Of a stretch of 64,000 bases of DNA, positions 40,057-55,087 are shown in pieces. The notes below the pieces were generated by a model. It was not told where the DNA came from and made no database searches. It saw nothing but the letters and a program-made list of their open reading frames with translations. Position 1 is the stretch's first letter; every line of letters starts with the position of its first letter. A program made the position numbers and the translations under genes. Source of the DNA: Eledone cirrhosa (Eukaryota); contig OZ024741.1 in NCBI GenBank assembly GCA_964016885.1, positions 364,312,001 to 364,376,000 on the forward strand, read 5' to 3'.

Positions 40057-41518
40057 ACAACGAATATAGTGAAGAGTTTAGCGTAAAAGTTGGTGTCCAT
40101 CAGGGCTCTGTTCTCAGCCCCCTACTATTTATTATTGCCCTTCAGGCTATAACAGAGGAGTTCAAGACAGGCTGCCCATGGGAACTCCTATACGCAGATG
40201 ACCTGACACTCATAGCGGAATCAATGGCCGAGCTAGAGAAGAAATTCCAAACATGGAAGCACGGCCTAGAGTCAAAAGGACTTAAAATTAACCTGGCTAA
40301 GACCAAAGTTCTAGTTTGTAGGAAAGAAAACAAGGCGGCGGTCCCTTCTGGGAAATGGTCGTGCTCGGTGTGTAGGAAAGGCGTAGGTAGAAACTCCATT
40401 TTATGTCCCAAATGCAAAGTATGGGTGCATAAAAGATGTAGTGGGATCACAGGTAAGCTAACTAAGAACATAGATTTTACATGTGGCCGGTGTTCTGGTG
40501 CAATAAGTAGCAGCAAGTGCCCACAAAATACTAGCTCCTTCAATTGCGCAGAGGGTTCTATAGAAATAGTGGACAGCTTCCGTTACCTGGGTGATAAAAT
40601 CAGCAGTGGGGGAGGGTGCTCTGAAAGTACTGTAGCTAGAGTCAGAACTGGTTGGAAAAAGTTCAGAGAGCTTATACCACTGTTAGCTGCTAAAGGGTTC
40701 TCCCTAAAAATGAAAGGCATGTTGTACGATGCCTGCATACGAACAGCAATGTTGCATGGCAGTGAGACCTGGGCATTGTGTGCAGAGGATATACGCAGAA
40801 TAGAGAGGAACGAAGCTTGCATGCTCCGCGGGATGTGTAACAGTAATATACGTGAACGGCAAAGCATAAACGAACTAAGGAAAAAATTAGAGATAAGAGG
40901 GATCAGATGTTGTTTACTCGAGAGAAGGCTACGTTGGTATGGACACGTGATGCGCATGAAAGTCGATAGCTGTATAACAAAGTGCAGGGCAATAAAGATA
41001 GACGGTAGCCACGGAATAGGCAGACCTAGAAAAACCTGGGACGAGCTGATAAACTCCGACCTCACACACTTACACCTCTCCAAGACAATGTCACTGGACC
41101 GAGACCTTTGGCGGTACTCAGTAACAGAGAAGACCCGCCTTGCCAGTAGGCATCTCTAACAAAATACACCCCGTCCCGCCACCACCCCCACCCCATCCAC
41201 ACCACCCCGTTCTATGTAAAGTTATGTTGGTGCCGCGCCATCCAGGCCGAAACAAATGAGATCGTGTAGGTGTCACGACAAAAAAACACACAGTCCACGC
41301 TGTAATGTGGCCGTGTAGGCAACACGGTAAAAACCTCCCAGACCCACACTGTAAATGTGGTTGGTGTTAGGAAGGGCATCCAACTGTAGAAAACCTGCCA
41401 GACAGTCCTATGCGAGCAAGACAATCACTCTTGCCTCAAGTGGGACTACCCCCGTCCAAACCCATGCAAGCGTGGAACACGGACGTTAAACGTTGATGAT
41501 GATGATGATGATGATGAT
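40057..41518 (+). mobile_element. 5'-truncated RTE-clade LINE with (GAT)n tail, inserted at (TA)n
   Basis: Open frame to 41159: [15 protein letters not shown]4HC3 finger, FRYLG, MLHGSETW, RRLRWYGHVMR, GRPRKTW; 3' UTR ends in (GAT)n. Confidence 0.93.
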
Positions 41519-41519
41519 A

Positions 41520-42043
<524 letters not shown>

Positions 42044-43117
42044 GTATATGTATATGTGTATAATATATATATATATATATAGTTATTTAATTTGGGAGTT
42101 TTTAATGTGGATTGACATATATACTTTGATGTCAGTTTGTCATTAAAAGAAAGTTTTCCTTTGATGTAAAATATAGATGCTAGCCGAAGTTGTTTACATA
42201 TCTGATGGACTGAATATGAAATTGGAATGCCAAGAAGATGAGGGGAGTTGCAGTGGTGGTGGTATTTCTGGAGTAGACAGAGTTATAAGGTGATAGGGAA
42301 TTTATAGCAAAAGGAATGTATTGATGAAATATGAGAGGAAACTTCAAGGCAATGAGAGAGACATTTACCTTTTTGTTATCATATTTCTAATGAAATATAT
42401 TGTATCTTAATTAACTGATACAGGATTTGGAGGGATTTACTAAAATTATTAATTATTCTGATACTAAAATAGTATTTGTAACATAACTTAACAAAATAGT
42501 CATATTACATTGGAAGTTAATATAAAGAATGGTAAGCTCATGCACGAAGATGTTATGAAATAGCTTATAAAATAGGATGAAGACCCTTAACCATCTAGCA
42601 TTTAAATAGGCTGTATTCGGCCTGAATTCTCTCACCTCTTTCTCTTCAAACTGGCCATAACTAGTCTCTCATACTGCCGTTAAGGTATTGTTCTCAAAAT
42701 AAATAATATCAAAATATTATGTGAGATAAAGCCTTTACCATGAAAATACAATAGTATATATAGAGTAATGTAAATGCTAAAGGGTTAAAGATGGAAAAAG
42801 AAGTTGCCATCGACCGCTATGAAGAATTGAACCCATATCTTCCATATACCAGCTAGGTGCTTTGTTTTCACCCTATTTTATAGCATCCTCGTATAGCACA
42901 CCATTCTTTATATTAACTTTATCACCCCAGCGCTCCGTAAAAGTCCGAAAGATTGGCTACTTATACACAATGCATGTTGGAAGATTTTAATTTAAACATA
43001 TGCTTGAGCTCTTAGCTCCTGATGGAGTGAGGGATGCTGTAGTGATGATATATGCTGTGTCTTGGGTATTTAAACCTGGCAGAGCCCATCTCACTTCAGA
43101 TTTGAACACAGCTATTT

Positions 43118-43169
<52 letters not shown>

Positions 43170-45048
43170 AGAGAGAGAGAGAGAAAAAACTGATTCTAGT
43201 ACTGAGCAAGTACTTTATCAATCTTGAAAGGGTAAAAGGCAAAGTATTTGAACTCAGAATGCAAAAAATCTCAATGAACATCAGGAAGCATTGTTTCTGA
43301 TGTTTTCTTGACTCTGCCAAAGAATGAAATCAGAAAAATGTAGAGAGGGAAATTTATGACATAATCAGGGGGTTTATTTATTTTCTTATTCTGTTACTGG
43401 TTTCAGCTAGTAGACTGCGGCCATGCTGGGGTACTGCCTCAAAGGAATTTCATCGGTCATATTCATCCTAGTACTTAATTTTCTTCAAGTCTGCTACTTA
43501 TTTTATCAATCTTTTTTTTTATATGAAACTGCTAAGTTACAAGAAATAAACACATATAGAGACACAGACATACATGTGTGCATATATCATTGATTTCAGG
43601 TTAATTTTTCCATGGGTTAAATGAGTCTTCTCCAGTACAACATCTCTCCACCTGCCTCCTCCTTTTGACAGCTCCTTTGTGAGGTGTAGTTTCTTGAGGC
43701 TGGCTTTCACCACCTTTCACTGTCTTTCTTTGCCTTTGTTTTCTACATCTTCCTTTCACTTGGAAATTCTTGACACTTTTTCATCCCATGATCATCATCC
43801 ATATGTATTACATATCCATACCAGCAAAGATTTTACTCTTGTATGCCACATTTAATATATGTATATATGTATGGGGACCTGAAAATACTCAGTTTGGTGC
43901 CCGAGTGCATGGTTAGCTCATCAAGTGTGAAAGATCCCTAGTTCTTGCTAGGACATAATTCTGGGAGAAGGAAAACTCTGATGTAAAACCTGCTACTAGA
44001 TAGTAACCAATGATGTTGACCTGTTCTTCTTTTTGGATACCTGTCACTGTTGTTCAGAGAGTGGGATTGGTCCAGTGCAAAGCATTTCTTCACTTAAAAA
44101 AAAATTTAAAGCACTGGCATCACTTGATCTAAATGACTTTCACATGTGTTACATGAACATGGCCTTTTTTTTCTTTCCTTGAAAGGCTAAAAAGTCATGT
44201 TCAAGTCATGCATGTATGAAAAAAAAGGTCAAGGGATGGTAATTCTTGAAAGTTTATGTCAACCAAATTTCACTCACCAGATATTGGTCAAGCAGGTATC
44301 GGCTATATTAGAAGACACTTGCCTAAGTTACCACCAAGAATTCACAATCATGTGGCTGCAAAGTGAACTCCTTAACCACACAGCCATACCTGCAAAAATT
44401 TTCCAGCAGAAATTTTGTATTTGATTAGATTTTCCTTTCAAGTTTATGCTTTTCTCAATACATTGATTTAAGTGATTTTATAAACTCTGATATTTACTTG
44501 AGGTGTCTGTTTGTATGTGGGTGGGGGTGGGGACATTTGGCCCATATTTTATGGGAAGAAGATGAAAATGAATTTGAAGAATAGAAGAAAATAAGATAAC
44601 ATTTTTTGTAAAATAATATTGATGTATGCAATTAGATTTATGCAAATATAGAAATGCATTTACTTTCAAATCACAGAAAAGCATTTGAATATGAGGTACT
44701 GTTGTCATTGAAAAAACAAAACAAAAAAAACAACAATAATGTATGTATACATTTGAAAAAAATGACTTGTTTATGTGATTGTTTTCACATTTGACAAATA
44801 GTTACTTTAAAAAACAAATTTTTGTATCATTGTCTTACTAGTTTCATTCTCTGAACAGCGGCCATGTTGGGGCATCATCTTGAAGGGTTTTTCGCATCAC
44901 TTTCAGTACTTATGTAGTGTTACACCTATTCTTTTAAACTACTGGGACTGAGGTGGTTAATGCTGAGCCTACTGTCTTTCTAAATACATAGTGCCTGCAG
45001 TCAAATAGATTTGAATGTAAAACCTATGGGCAAGTAGTCCAAGACCAC

Positions 45049-45765
<717 letters not shown>

Positions 45766-46073
45766 GCACAGACACATACACATACACTCATATGTAAAAA
45801 AAAAAAAATGAGATTCATTTTAAACACTGAGGCAGTCACGTTTAATATGTGCTGCTGTATAGTTGTATTGGCACAGTGCTAAATATATACCCTTATTCAA
45901 TCAATTAGTTATTATTTTTTTCTTTCTCTCTCTGTAATTCTTCACTTGTTGCCATAAAGCTATTTTGATTTATAGGTTACAAAGGTTTAATGAAGACTTT
46001 TACATATTTATTCTTTTTTTCTTCTCTCCAGCAATCTTTATTGTAAAAAAATGGTAGATTCAGTGAGTAACAT

Positions 46074-46137
<64 letters not shown>

Positions 46138-46169
46138 TACATACAAGCACACACATATAGATATATATT

Positions 46170-46550
46170 CAGCCCAAGCAACGTCACTAAAATGCAAAGG
46201 GTAACAAGAAGGGAAAAAGACAAGACAAAACGTAATGCAAGGAAAGACCAGGTGATGATTGATGTTGCTTTTGAATGTTTGCAAATTGTAGTGGTCAGGA
46301 CAGGAAGAAGCCGGAAGAGAATTGTATGAGGAAATGGGCGAGTTGTATGGGGAAAGAATTTATCAGAATAGAGTTTACAATTACATTTAGAAATTTCAAC
46401 AGCCCTAAAATCTGTGGTACTACATTTAGACTCATGAAGATGAGTCAACAAAGAGGAAAACTTATCAGAACAGTTTCCATGAAAATATTTATAGAAAAGG
46501 CAGAGAGGCAACATTTCGATGGTGTGGTAGTGATTGAACTCGACATGATA
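46170..46550 (-). mobile_element. Decayed C-terminal ORF2 fragment of a CR1/Jockey-group LINE
   Basis: LCLFYKYFHGNCS..FSSLL...FFPHTTR resembles the LFYKYFHG.CS...FFP.T...WN C-terminus of such LINEs. Confidence 0.65.
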
Positions 46551-48704
46551 ATATATATTTTTTAAAAACTACCATATTGGCAAAGTTAATCAATAACTGA
46601 TGGTAAACCCCCCCCCCCCCCATTCCAAAGTGTTTGTGTGTGCTGTATATATGCTACATTCATCTCAACATACTCTATATTATACTGTGCAACATAATAT
46701 TTGTCACATTATGATGGATATTAATGCTTTGCTTATGGATGAATGTGTCGATTTTTTTCCTCCTATTAAAAAAATGCATCTTGTATGGGTAATTTAAATT
46801 AACAGTTTGATCTTAATTAGATTGATGAAATTAATATTGGGTAATTACAATATAGAGTAGAGATGACTCTTCAATCTGGCTGATTACATGATCTCACTTG
46901 TATTGCGGCTACAATAAAATGCATCTAGTACATTGGTAAATTATCTGGTGATCAGAGACAATATAGAGTAGAGAGGACACTTCAGTCTGGTTGAACATAT
47001 GACATCCTCTCTAGTGCTGGTACCATGATAATATGCACTCGGTACACTCAGTAAAGTAGTTGTGCTGGTACCATAATAAAATATACTCAGTACACTCTGG
47101 GGTATGGAAGGGTATCAAGTCTCAGAAACCATGCCAAAATATGGAATGTGTGAGCAAGATGTAGTTATCCAACCATGTCTTGTCTCAGAGTATAACAACC
47201 TATCCAATCTAAACCAGTGTGGAAAACTGGAAAACAGGTAAAATGGTGATATTGCTGCTGATGAAATACATTTTCATTATATTTTTTGATGGTTGGAATA
47301 TATATCAACCCCAGTACTTATTTTAGTCTGGTACATATTTTATTGATCTTGATTGATCAAATCAATAAACCTTGTCCATGATATTAAGAAACATACATAC
47401 ACAGCATACATGCAGATGCAGGCACACACACATTCACACACATATATGATGTTCTTCTGTACTGTTTCCATTTATCAAATTCTGGCATAGTGGAACTCTA
47501 AAGGCTGTGTCAAGAATTTGCTTTTTGTTTTTTTAGTGTTTAGTCAGGGAAGGGAAGGCTGTACACATGACCTTTTTCGGGGCCTCTGAGTCTGGTGGAA
47601 AGGTGAGGAAAACACCCTCAAACCTGAGATCCAGTTGAATGCACCTAAGGGCCAGGTCATTGTGTTAAACTGAGTGAAGAATTGTTTAATATCCAAGCCC
47701 TCAGAACACAAAGAGCCAGAACAAAACTCACAAGGCATCTCATCCAACACTAACAATTGACTGCACTGGATTAGTACTTTATCTTATCAACACTGAAAGG
47801 ATGAAAGGCAATGTTAACTATTGTAGGATTTCAATGTGGAGTGCAGAGTGTTGGAAAAATACCCAACGCATTTTGTCCTATGCCCTATTGAACTCGACAT
47901 ATGAAATAATTATAAAATATATATTACTTTTTCTCATTGTACTTCATCTAAACACTTCTGTTAACTATTTTGATACCAAACCACTCGAAACCACCCTGGT
48001 TTATGGTACAAGACTTTTTATTTTAAAGTATTTATATTTATCAGAAAACATTTCATCATAAATTTATATAAGAATCTTTAAATGCTAGTTTAATAATGAG
48101 AACGTTATATTACTAAATCCCTCCAAATTCTTGAATATTGTCAAAATTATTTGAAAATCATAGCCAGTGTCTTTCATTAGAAGTATCGTAACAGAAGGGT
48201 TAATTATTGATTTTTCTTTATATTATGTAACTAAAATAGAATAAAGAAATTTTGTATTAGAATTATTCAAATTAATTAAATGTTTTTTAATTAAAGTTAT
48301 TTCCTATAATTACAAAATAATTCTGATTCTGTTTTGTTCAAATCTCAGATTAATGTGGTATAAATTAAACAATAATTACAGCACTAATAACAATAAGGTA
48401 TTTAATTTATTTTATTAAAATAATCTTAAGAATATTTGCATTGTTTTATTAAGGTTGATGAACAAGTAACTGCATATCCTAAGTGCAGTTGTTGCATTGG
48501 TGTGTACCAAAGTGAACTGAGTGGGAAACAGGATTACGAGGCACAAGCATAGCTGTATGGTCAAGGAATTTGTTTCACAACCATTTGGGTTCATGTTCAG
48601 ATCTAATGTGCAGCACTTTGAGCAAATGTCTTCTACTATAGCCTCAGAATGACCAATGCTGTATGAGTGAAATTTGGTAGGATACTGTTGGAGACCACTA
48701 TATA

Positions 48705-48803
48705 CAGGGAGTCGACAAAAATGTATACACACTTCAACAGCATTCTAATAAATATTACCTGTATAGGTTATCAAAGTCTGTATACATTTTTTGGGACACC
48801 CTG
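48705..48803. mobile_element. 99-bp Tc1/mariner MITE
   Basis: TA|CAGGGAGTCGACAAAAATGTATACACACTT...AAGTCTGTATACATTTTTTGGGACACCCTG|TA; ~30-bp imperfect TIRs. Confidence 0.85.
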
Positions 48804-50862
48804 TATATATAGTATATGGTCTAAAATAGTTGGTGGTAGGAAGAGCACCCAGCCATAGAAAGCCTGCCAAACAAAGGGTTGGAAGGACCCTTCATTTGTG
48901 TCAAAGACATGACAATCTTCCCTGTGCACTTGATAGAATGTAAGACCATATGTAAGTGTGATGCAGAGCCCCTGGCCTGTCTAGGAGGTCAGTAGTCCTG
49001 CTTCAGTATTGACCCAGTCTATGTAAATCCAACCAGCCCTTGCTAGCAGAAAAAGCAGACATTAAATGATGACGATGATGATGATGATGATGATGATGAT
49101 GATATATATATAAATAATATGTGTGTATCCATGTCTGTTTATGTTTACTGTTTGTATATATTCCAAGGCTAAACCAGAAATAAAACATGTTATTTCTGTC
49201 TTAAGATGTATCTGAGGAAGATATTTGGTCATGAGCTAGTTACACAACTTTCTAGAAATAGCAGTTAAATTTCCCTCAAATCACAGCCTACCCATCTTTA
49301 AAAAACAAAAATACGTTAGATATAATATAGCCCTATGTACTTTTAAATAGATAGGATGACTGGAATATCTTTGATCACTGGACTTCCCAATTAGGGTTTA
49401 CTTTTACATGTTATTTTTCTGGTGAGATGTATCTAAGAATAGTACTTGGGCAAGTTTCTACAATAGCTTCGAGTTCACCAATACCTTGAGAGTGAAAGCT
49501 CTTGACAGTGTTTGAGAAAGCTAGTGGTTAAATGAATCGTTCGGCCATGCATGAGGTTTAACCGTGTCATTTAAAACTTTGTTTTAAAAGGTTTATATTT
49601 ATCTAAAATCCTTTCATCATCATTTTATGAAGAAGCTAAAATGGAAGGTTTTTAGATAAATATAAACATTTTAAAACAAAGTTTTGTATCATAGAATCAG
49701 GGGATGGGGTTCAGGCAGTTTGGTATGAAAATGGTTATGATGGGTTACAATAAGCCACATTACTGTTTTTTTTTGTTATTGTTTAGGCCTACCCTGATTA
49801 AGTACATTTATAACCGTACATACATGAGACTACATTATCCAATATGTCCTTCCTTTTTTAATAAGGTAGGGTATTTATTGTTTGAGAGAGATTTGACTGG
49901 TATTTCTAGCATGTTGAATGACTATCTAGAAACTCCCTCAGAGGTCAGACAGTGAAGTGTTTGTGTTTAGTATTGAATGGGTGATAGACAAATCTTCTTA
50001 ATGAAACCAGAGATAAGCACCATCCCCTTGGGCTTGTAATTCAGAAAAGGATTAGCTTTAAATTATATAGGTGATAAGGGAGCAATTCTTAGAAGGACCT
50101 AGCAAAATAATAGGTCTTATAGCTGGAATATATTTAACAACATTATTTATCTGTTCATTAAAAATACTCTTTAGTCAAACTGCATTAACTCTTTCATTAC
50201 TATGATTTTACACCCTATGATTTTAAAAATTATTTTGAAAATAAGCAAAATTTGGAAGGATTTAGTAAAATAACTAACTTTCTTATTATTAAGGTAGTGT
50301 TTTAGGATGGTAGATTGGCAGTATCAGTAGAGTGTTGGACAAAATGCTTTGTAGTATTTGGTTATGATTTTCTATGTTCCGAGTTCAAGTCTTACTCAGG
50401 TTAACTTTGCCTTTCATCCTTCTGGGGTCAATAAAATAAAAGTATCAGTTAATAGGAGTTGATGTAATCAACATTCCCCTTCCCCTAAATTGCTGATCTT
50501 GTGCTAATGTTAGAAAGAATTATTAAGGTGGTGTTTGGAACATAACTTAAGAAAGGTTCTCACATAAAACTATGATGGGAAGTTTTTAGACAAATAACAC
50601 TTTCAAACAGTTTTGTATTTGTATCGTAGAACCAAGACAGTTTCAGGCAGTTTGGTATCAAAAGAATTAACTACATTATATATTCGTTTACAAAAATACT
50701 CTCTGGTCAAATCTCATTAAGTTGCAGCTGTTGAAGGCAGTGGGGATGGTAGTAAAAATTATTTCTGTCTTTGAGGAAATGCTAGCTCGATATGTGGGAG
50801 GAAATTGAGATAGATAAGAGATTACTAATTTTATATTATATAATATTATATCATACACTATC

Positions 50863-51676
50863 GACAAAATTACATCTTCAAGAAGATGCTTCACATTCAT
50901 TCACCTTTAGCGATCATAGCCTTGGCCAGGAGGCATAGATGTTCATTGGGTGTTTTGACTCTCAAATGTAACACCCTCTTGCTGGTGGGTCAGCATTGGT
51001 GGCCAAATTACTGCCCATCTTTGCCTCCTGGTTTCCAGCTTATCTCCTCTCTCCTGCTCCAAAGCCACAGGAGGCCCTTTTTGTTGCTGCCCCCATTCTG
51101 TGAACTGCAGACTTCTCTCTTCTTGTTATTTCAATGACAGGGAGCATCTATACCAAGTAAACTGGAAATTCCCTGCAGCCCACCTTGATTACAAATAATG
51201 ATGCTTGCCAGCCTTTCTGCCTACAACTCCTGCACAAGTTCTTGATATTGGCACTCTTTTCATTAAAGGTGTTGCTGCACTCTTCTTCCCATGGGACTGG
51301 GGGTTCAATCAGGATTATCTTTTTTATCCTTTCAGACCAAAGTATTACATCTGGCCTCAGAGGTAACTGCAACCTACCTCTTAGATCACCCTCATATCTC
51401 ATGATTGGTTCATTTGTAGTAGGCCACATGTTCTTTTAACTGTGGTAGATGGCTTCTCCCCCTCTTTCACAACTTGATTTATGGTGTCAGTTTTCTCCGT
51501 GTTTGGTGTTCCCTGTATCTGCTTTGGAGTTTTGGTGGTATTCTTCTCATCCTCTGTTCCAAAGCACTCCCCTACTAGATTGTATGTTATTACTGTGAAG
51601 ACATTTATTTTCTGCTCAGCCATCCTTGCTAGTATTACCTCTAATACTTTGTCTAGTTCTTGACCTAACTGGTGCC
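50863..51676 (-). mobile_element. Decayed 3' fragment of a restriction-like-endonuclease non-LTR retrotransposon (Hero/R2 group)
   Basis: LRPDVILWS...IILIE..VPWEE...KGWQA....KVGCREF matches the RLE signature RPD...LIELTVPWE...GW...EVGCRGF; frameshifted. Confidence 0.82.
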
Positions 51677-53087
51677 AGATAAAAGATTACTAATTTTATA
51701 TTACATAATATATTATACACTATCAATATTTAGAAAGGAATGGGTGTGTGGTTAAATAGTTTGCTTCATAACCACATGACACTTGTCCTCTTCTACAGCC
51801 TCAAGTTAACCAATGCCATGTGAGTGAAATTTGGTAGACAGAAACTACAGAAGCCTGTCGCGCATGTGTGTGTATGCATGTGTTTACATTTATGTTTGGG
51901 TTGAAGTCCTGTAACTTAGCAGCTCGATGAAAAGAGGCCAATATCAGATTTGATTAAAATACAAGTACTGAGGTTGATATGATTAACTAAATTCCTTGAA
52001 GGTGGTGCTCCAGAATGGCCACAGTCTCATGACTGAAATGAGTAAAATAATAAAAGAAAAGAATATTTTGAAAGTATATTTGAATGTAATTGACTTTAAT
52101 GTCAAAATAAGAGAAATAGGGTCTGCTGTCTTAATACAGTGTTACTGTTACTACTACTTAGAGTATCAGTAAGCCATGTCACTTTCAGCACCTACTTATA
52201 GCTTTGAGGACATAGCTGTTAAGGGCTAAGTGCTTTGGTCACTGTGACACATATACAGAAAGCACTGGTGACATGAGGATACAAATCACTAACCTCTAGA
52301 CTGGTTATTAGGTACTACTACTATATTTCTACCCATCAATGGTGTTTATAGGTACTAGTTAATAATCTTGATTTGCTTGCTCCCTGCTAAAAGCAGTGTT
52401 GGGACTTGAAATGTGAACAAAGTAATCATCTTACAGTTTAGTAAATGAAATAATTCACCCATGTCATGTCATGACCCCTAACTCTTGATTGAGTCATAGA
52501 ATATGATATATGGAATGTCTTGGGCATCTGAAAGTAGTGGAACCCATCCCTCCCCAGGTCTGAACATAGCTGATTTCTTCCAGAGAAAGATAGAGGGAGA
52601 AGAAGTGAGAAAGAGATATTGATGAAAAATCTACTCCATTACTAGCCTGATACAATATTTATTGACCCCCTAAAGGTTGAAAAACAAAGTTGATGTAACA
52701 AAATTTGAACTTAGAGCACAGAAAGCTAGAACGTATACTACAAAGCATTCTATCTAGTGTACTAATGATTCTGCCAATTCCCCACCTAAAATCCCTCTAC
52801 ACTTTATTTAAAAGTTTAACAGACATTGTATCATATATCAATTAAAGTTATAGTCATAATTGCAATATTAATAAGAATATAGCAAACTGCTCCTCTTTCC
52901 TGATCTCTTTGTAATAATAAGATAATACAATTTTTATAAAAGAGAATTTCTGTTTAATTTCTGTTAAATATTGGTGAATTGTTTTATATACGAAATTGTA
53001 AATAATGTGAGTGGAGCAAACATTTGAAGGTCTGCTACTGGTGATTTTGGAGAACAAATAGAGTAGACTTATCAAGTAGTGTATACA

Positions 53088-53126
<39 letters not shown>

Positions 53127-53127
<1 letters not shown>

Positions 53128-53352
53128 CATCATCATCATCATCATCACCGTTTTACGTCCGTTCTTCCACGCTAGCATGGGTTAGACGGGTTGTCCTGTT
53201 GTGGGCAGTGTCCGGTTGGCTGACCTTGTCTTGCTCATACGGGAACTGATTCTGGCTTGATTTCTACAGCTGGATGCCCTTCCTAACACCAACCTCATTT
53301 ACAGTGAGTGCTGGGTGCTTTTTTTCCATGGCGCCTACAGGTCCACTTTACA
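53127..53352 (-). mobile_element. RTE 3'-tail / SINE-like copy (GGAAGGGCATCCAGC family); other copies at 45468-45680 (+), 56090-56265 (+), 24463-24640 (-), 36835-37035 (-), 16490-16580 (+)
   Basis: Reverse complement closely matches the 3' UTR at 55674-55899, including the (GAT)n tail. Confidence 0.85.
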
Positions 53353-53441
53353 ATATATATATATCCAAAATTAAATTAAGGGTGTCATGTCCGAGAGACA
53401 TGCACCATATATATATATCTATATATCTATATATATATCTT

Positions 53442-54946
53442 GTGAAGAATTTAGTGTAAAAGTTGGTGTTCATCAAGGCTCTGTCCTTCGCCCCTTCTAT
53501 TTATTATTGCTCTTCAGGCTATAACAGAGGAGTTTAAGACCGGCTGCCCATGGAAACTCCTATACGCAGATGATCCAACTCTCATAGCTGAATCTATGGC
53601 TGAACTAGAGAAGAAATTCCAAACATGGAAGCATCGCCTAGAATTAAAAGGCCTTAAAGTTAACTTGTCTAAGACTAAAGTTCTAGTTTGTAGAAAGGAA
53701 ATTAGGGTACAGGTGCCTTCAGGGAAATGGCCATGCTCAGTGTGTAGGAAAGGAGTAGGCAGACATTCCATTTTATGTCCCAGAGGCAAACTATGGGTAC
53801 ATAAAAGATGTAGTGGGATCATAGGTAAACTATCTAAGAATGTAGATTTTATATGTGGCCGATGCTCAGGAGCAATAAGTAGCAAGTGCCCACAGGATAC
53901 TAGCTCCTTCTATTGCCCAGATGGTTCTATAGAAATAATGGACACTTTCCATTACCTGGGTGACAAAATCAGCAGTAGTGGAGGGTGCTCTGAAAGTACA
54001 GTAGCCAGAGTCAGAACGGGATGGAAAAAGTTCAGAGAGCTTATACCGCTGTTGGCCACAAAACGTTTCTCTCTAAAAATGAAAGGCAGATTATATGATG
54101 CCTGTATACGAACAGCAATGCTACATGGCAGTGAGATATGGGCATTGCGTGCAGAGGACCTGCGCAGACTGGAAAGGAACGAAGCATGCATGCTCTGTTG
54201 GATGTGTAATAGTAATATACGTGAACGGCAAAGTATAAATGAAGTAAGTGAGAAATTAAGAATAAGAGGGATCAGATGCTGTTAACTTGAGAGAAGACTG
54301 CGTTGCTATGGTCATGTGATGCACATGAAAGACGACAGCTGTATAAAAAAAGTGCAGGGCGATCAAAATTGATGGAAGCTACGGAGTAGGTAGACTCAGA
54401 AAAACCTGGGACGATTTGATAAATTCCGACCTTATACACTTGCATCTCTCCAAGACAATGTCACTGGACCGAGATCTTTGGCGCTATGCAGTAATACAGG
54501 AGACCCGCCTTGCCTATGTACAAAGCGAAACCTACAATCAGTAGGCACCTCTTAACCAAATATACACCCCAATCCACTACCCCTACCCTATCCTCCCATT
54601 CCCACAAACACCACCCTCTCTCTGTAAAGTTGGTACCACAACATCCAGTCGAAATAAATGAGATAATGAGATGAGATAATGAGATCGTTTAGGTGTCCCG
54701 ACAAAAAAAACACACAGTCCACGCTGTAATGTGGTCGTGTAGGTAACACGGTATAAAGTTCCCAGTTCCACACTGTAAATGTGGTTGGTGTTAGGAAGGG
54801 CATCCAGCCATAGAAAACCTGCCAGATAGTCCTATATGAGCGAGACATGGTCACCCGACCAACTTTGCCTCAAGTAGGACAACTCCCGCCTAACCCATAC
54901 TAGCGTGGAAGATGGACGTGAAAGGAAGATGATGATGATGATGATG

Positions 54947-54948
<2 letters not shown>
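53442..54948 (+). mobile_element. 5'-truncated, decayed RTE-clade LINE, same family as 40057-41518
   Basis: Same RT motifs with a frameshift, stop at 54285 and (GAT)n tail; starts directly after (TA)n. Confidence 0.92.
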
Positions 54949-54986
<38 letters not shown>

Positions 54987-55087
54987 ATATGTGTGTGTGT
55001 CTATATATATATATATGTGTGTGTGTGTGTATATGTGTGTGTGTCTATATATATATGTGTGTATATATATATGTGTGTGTATATATA

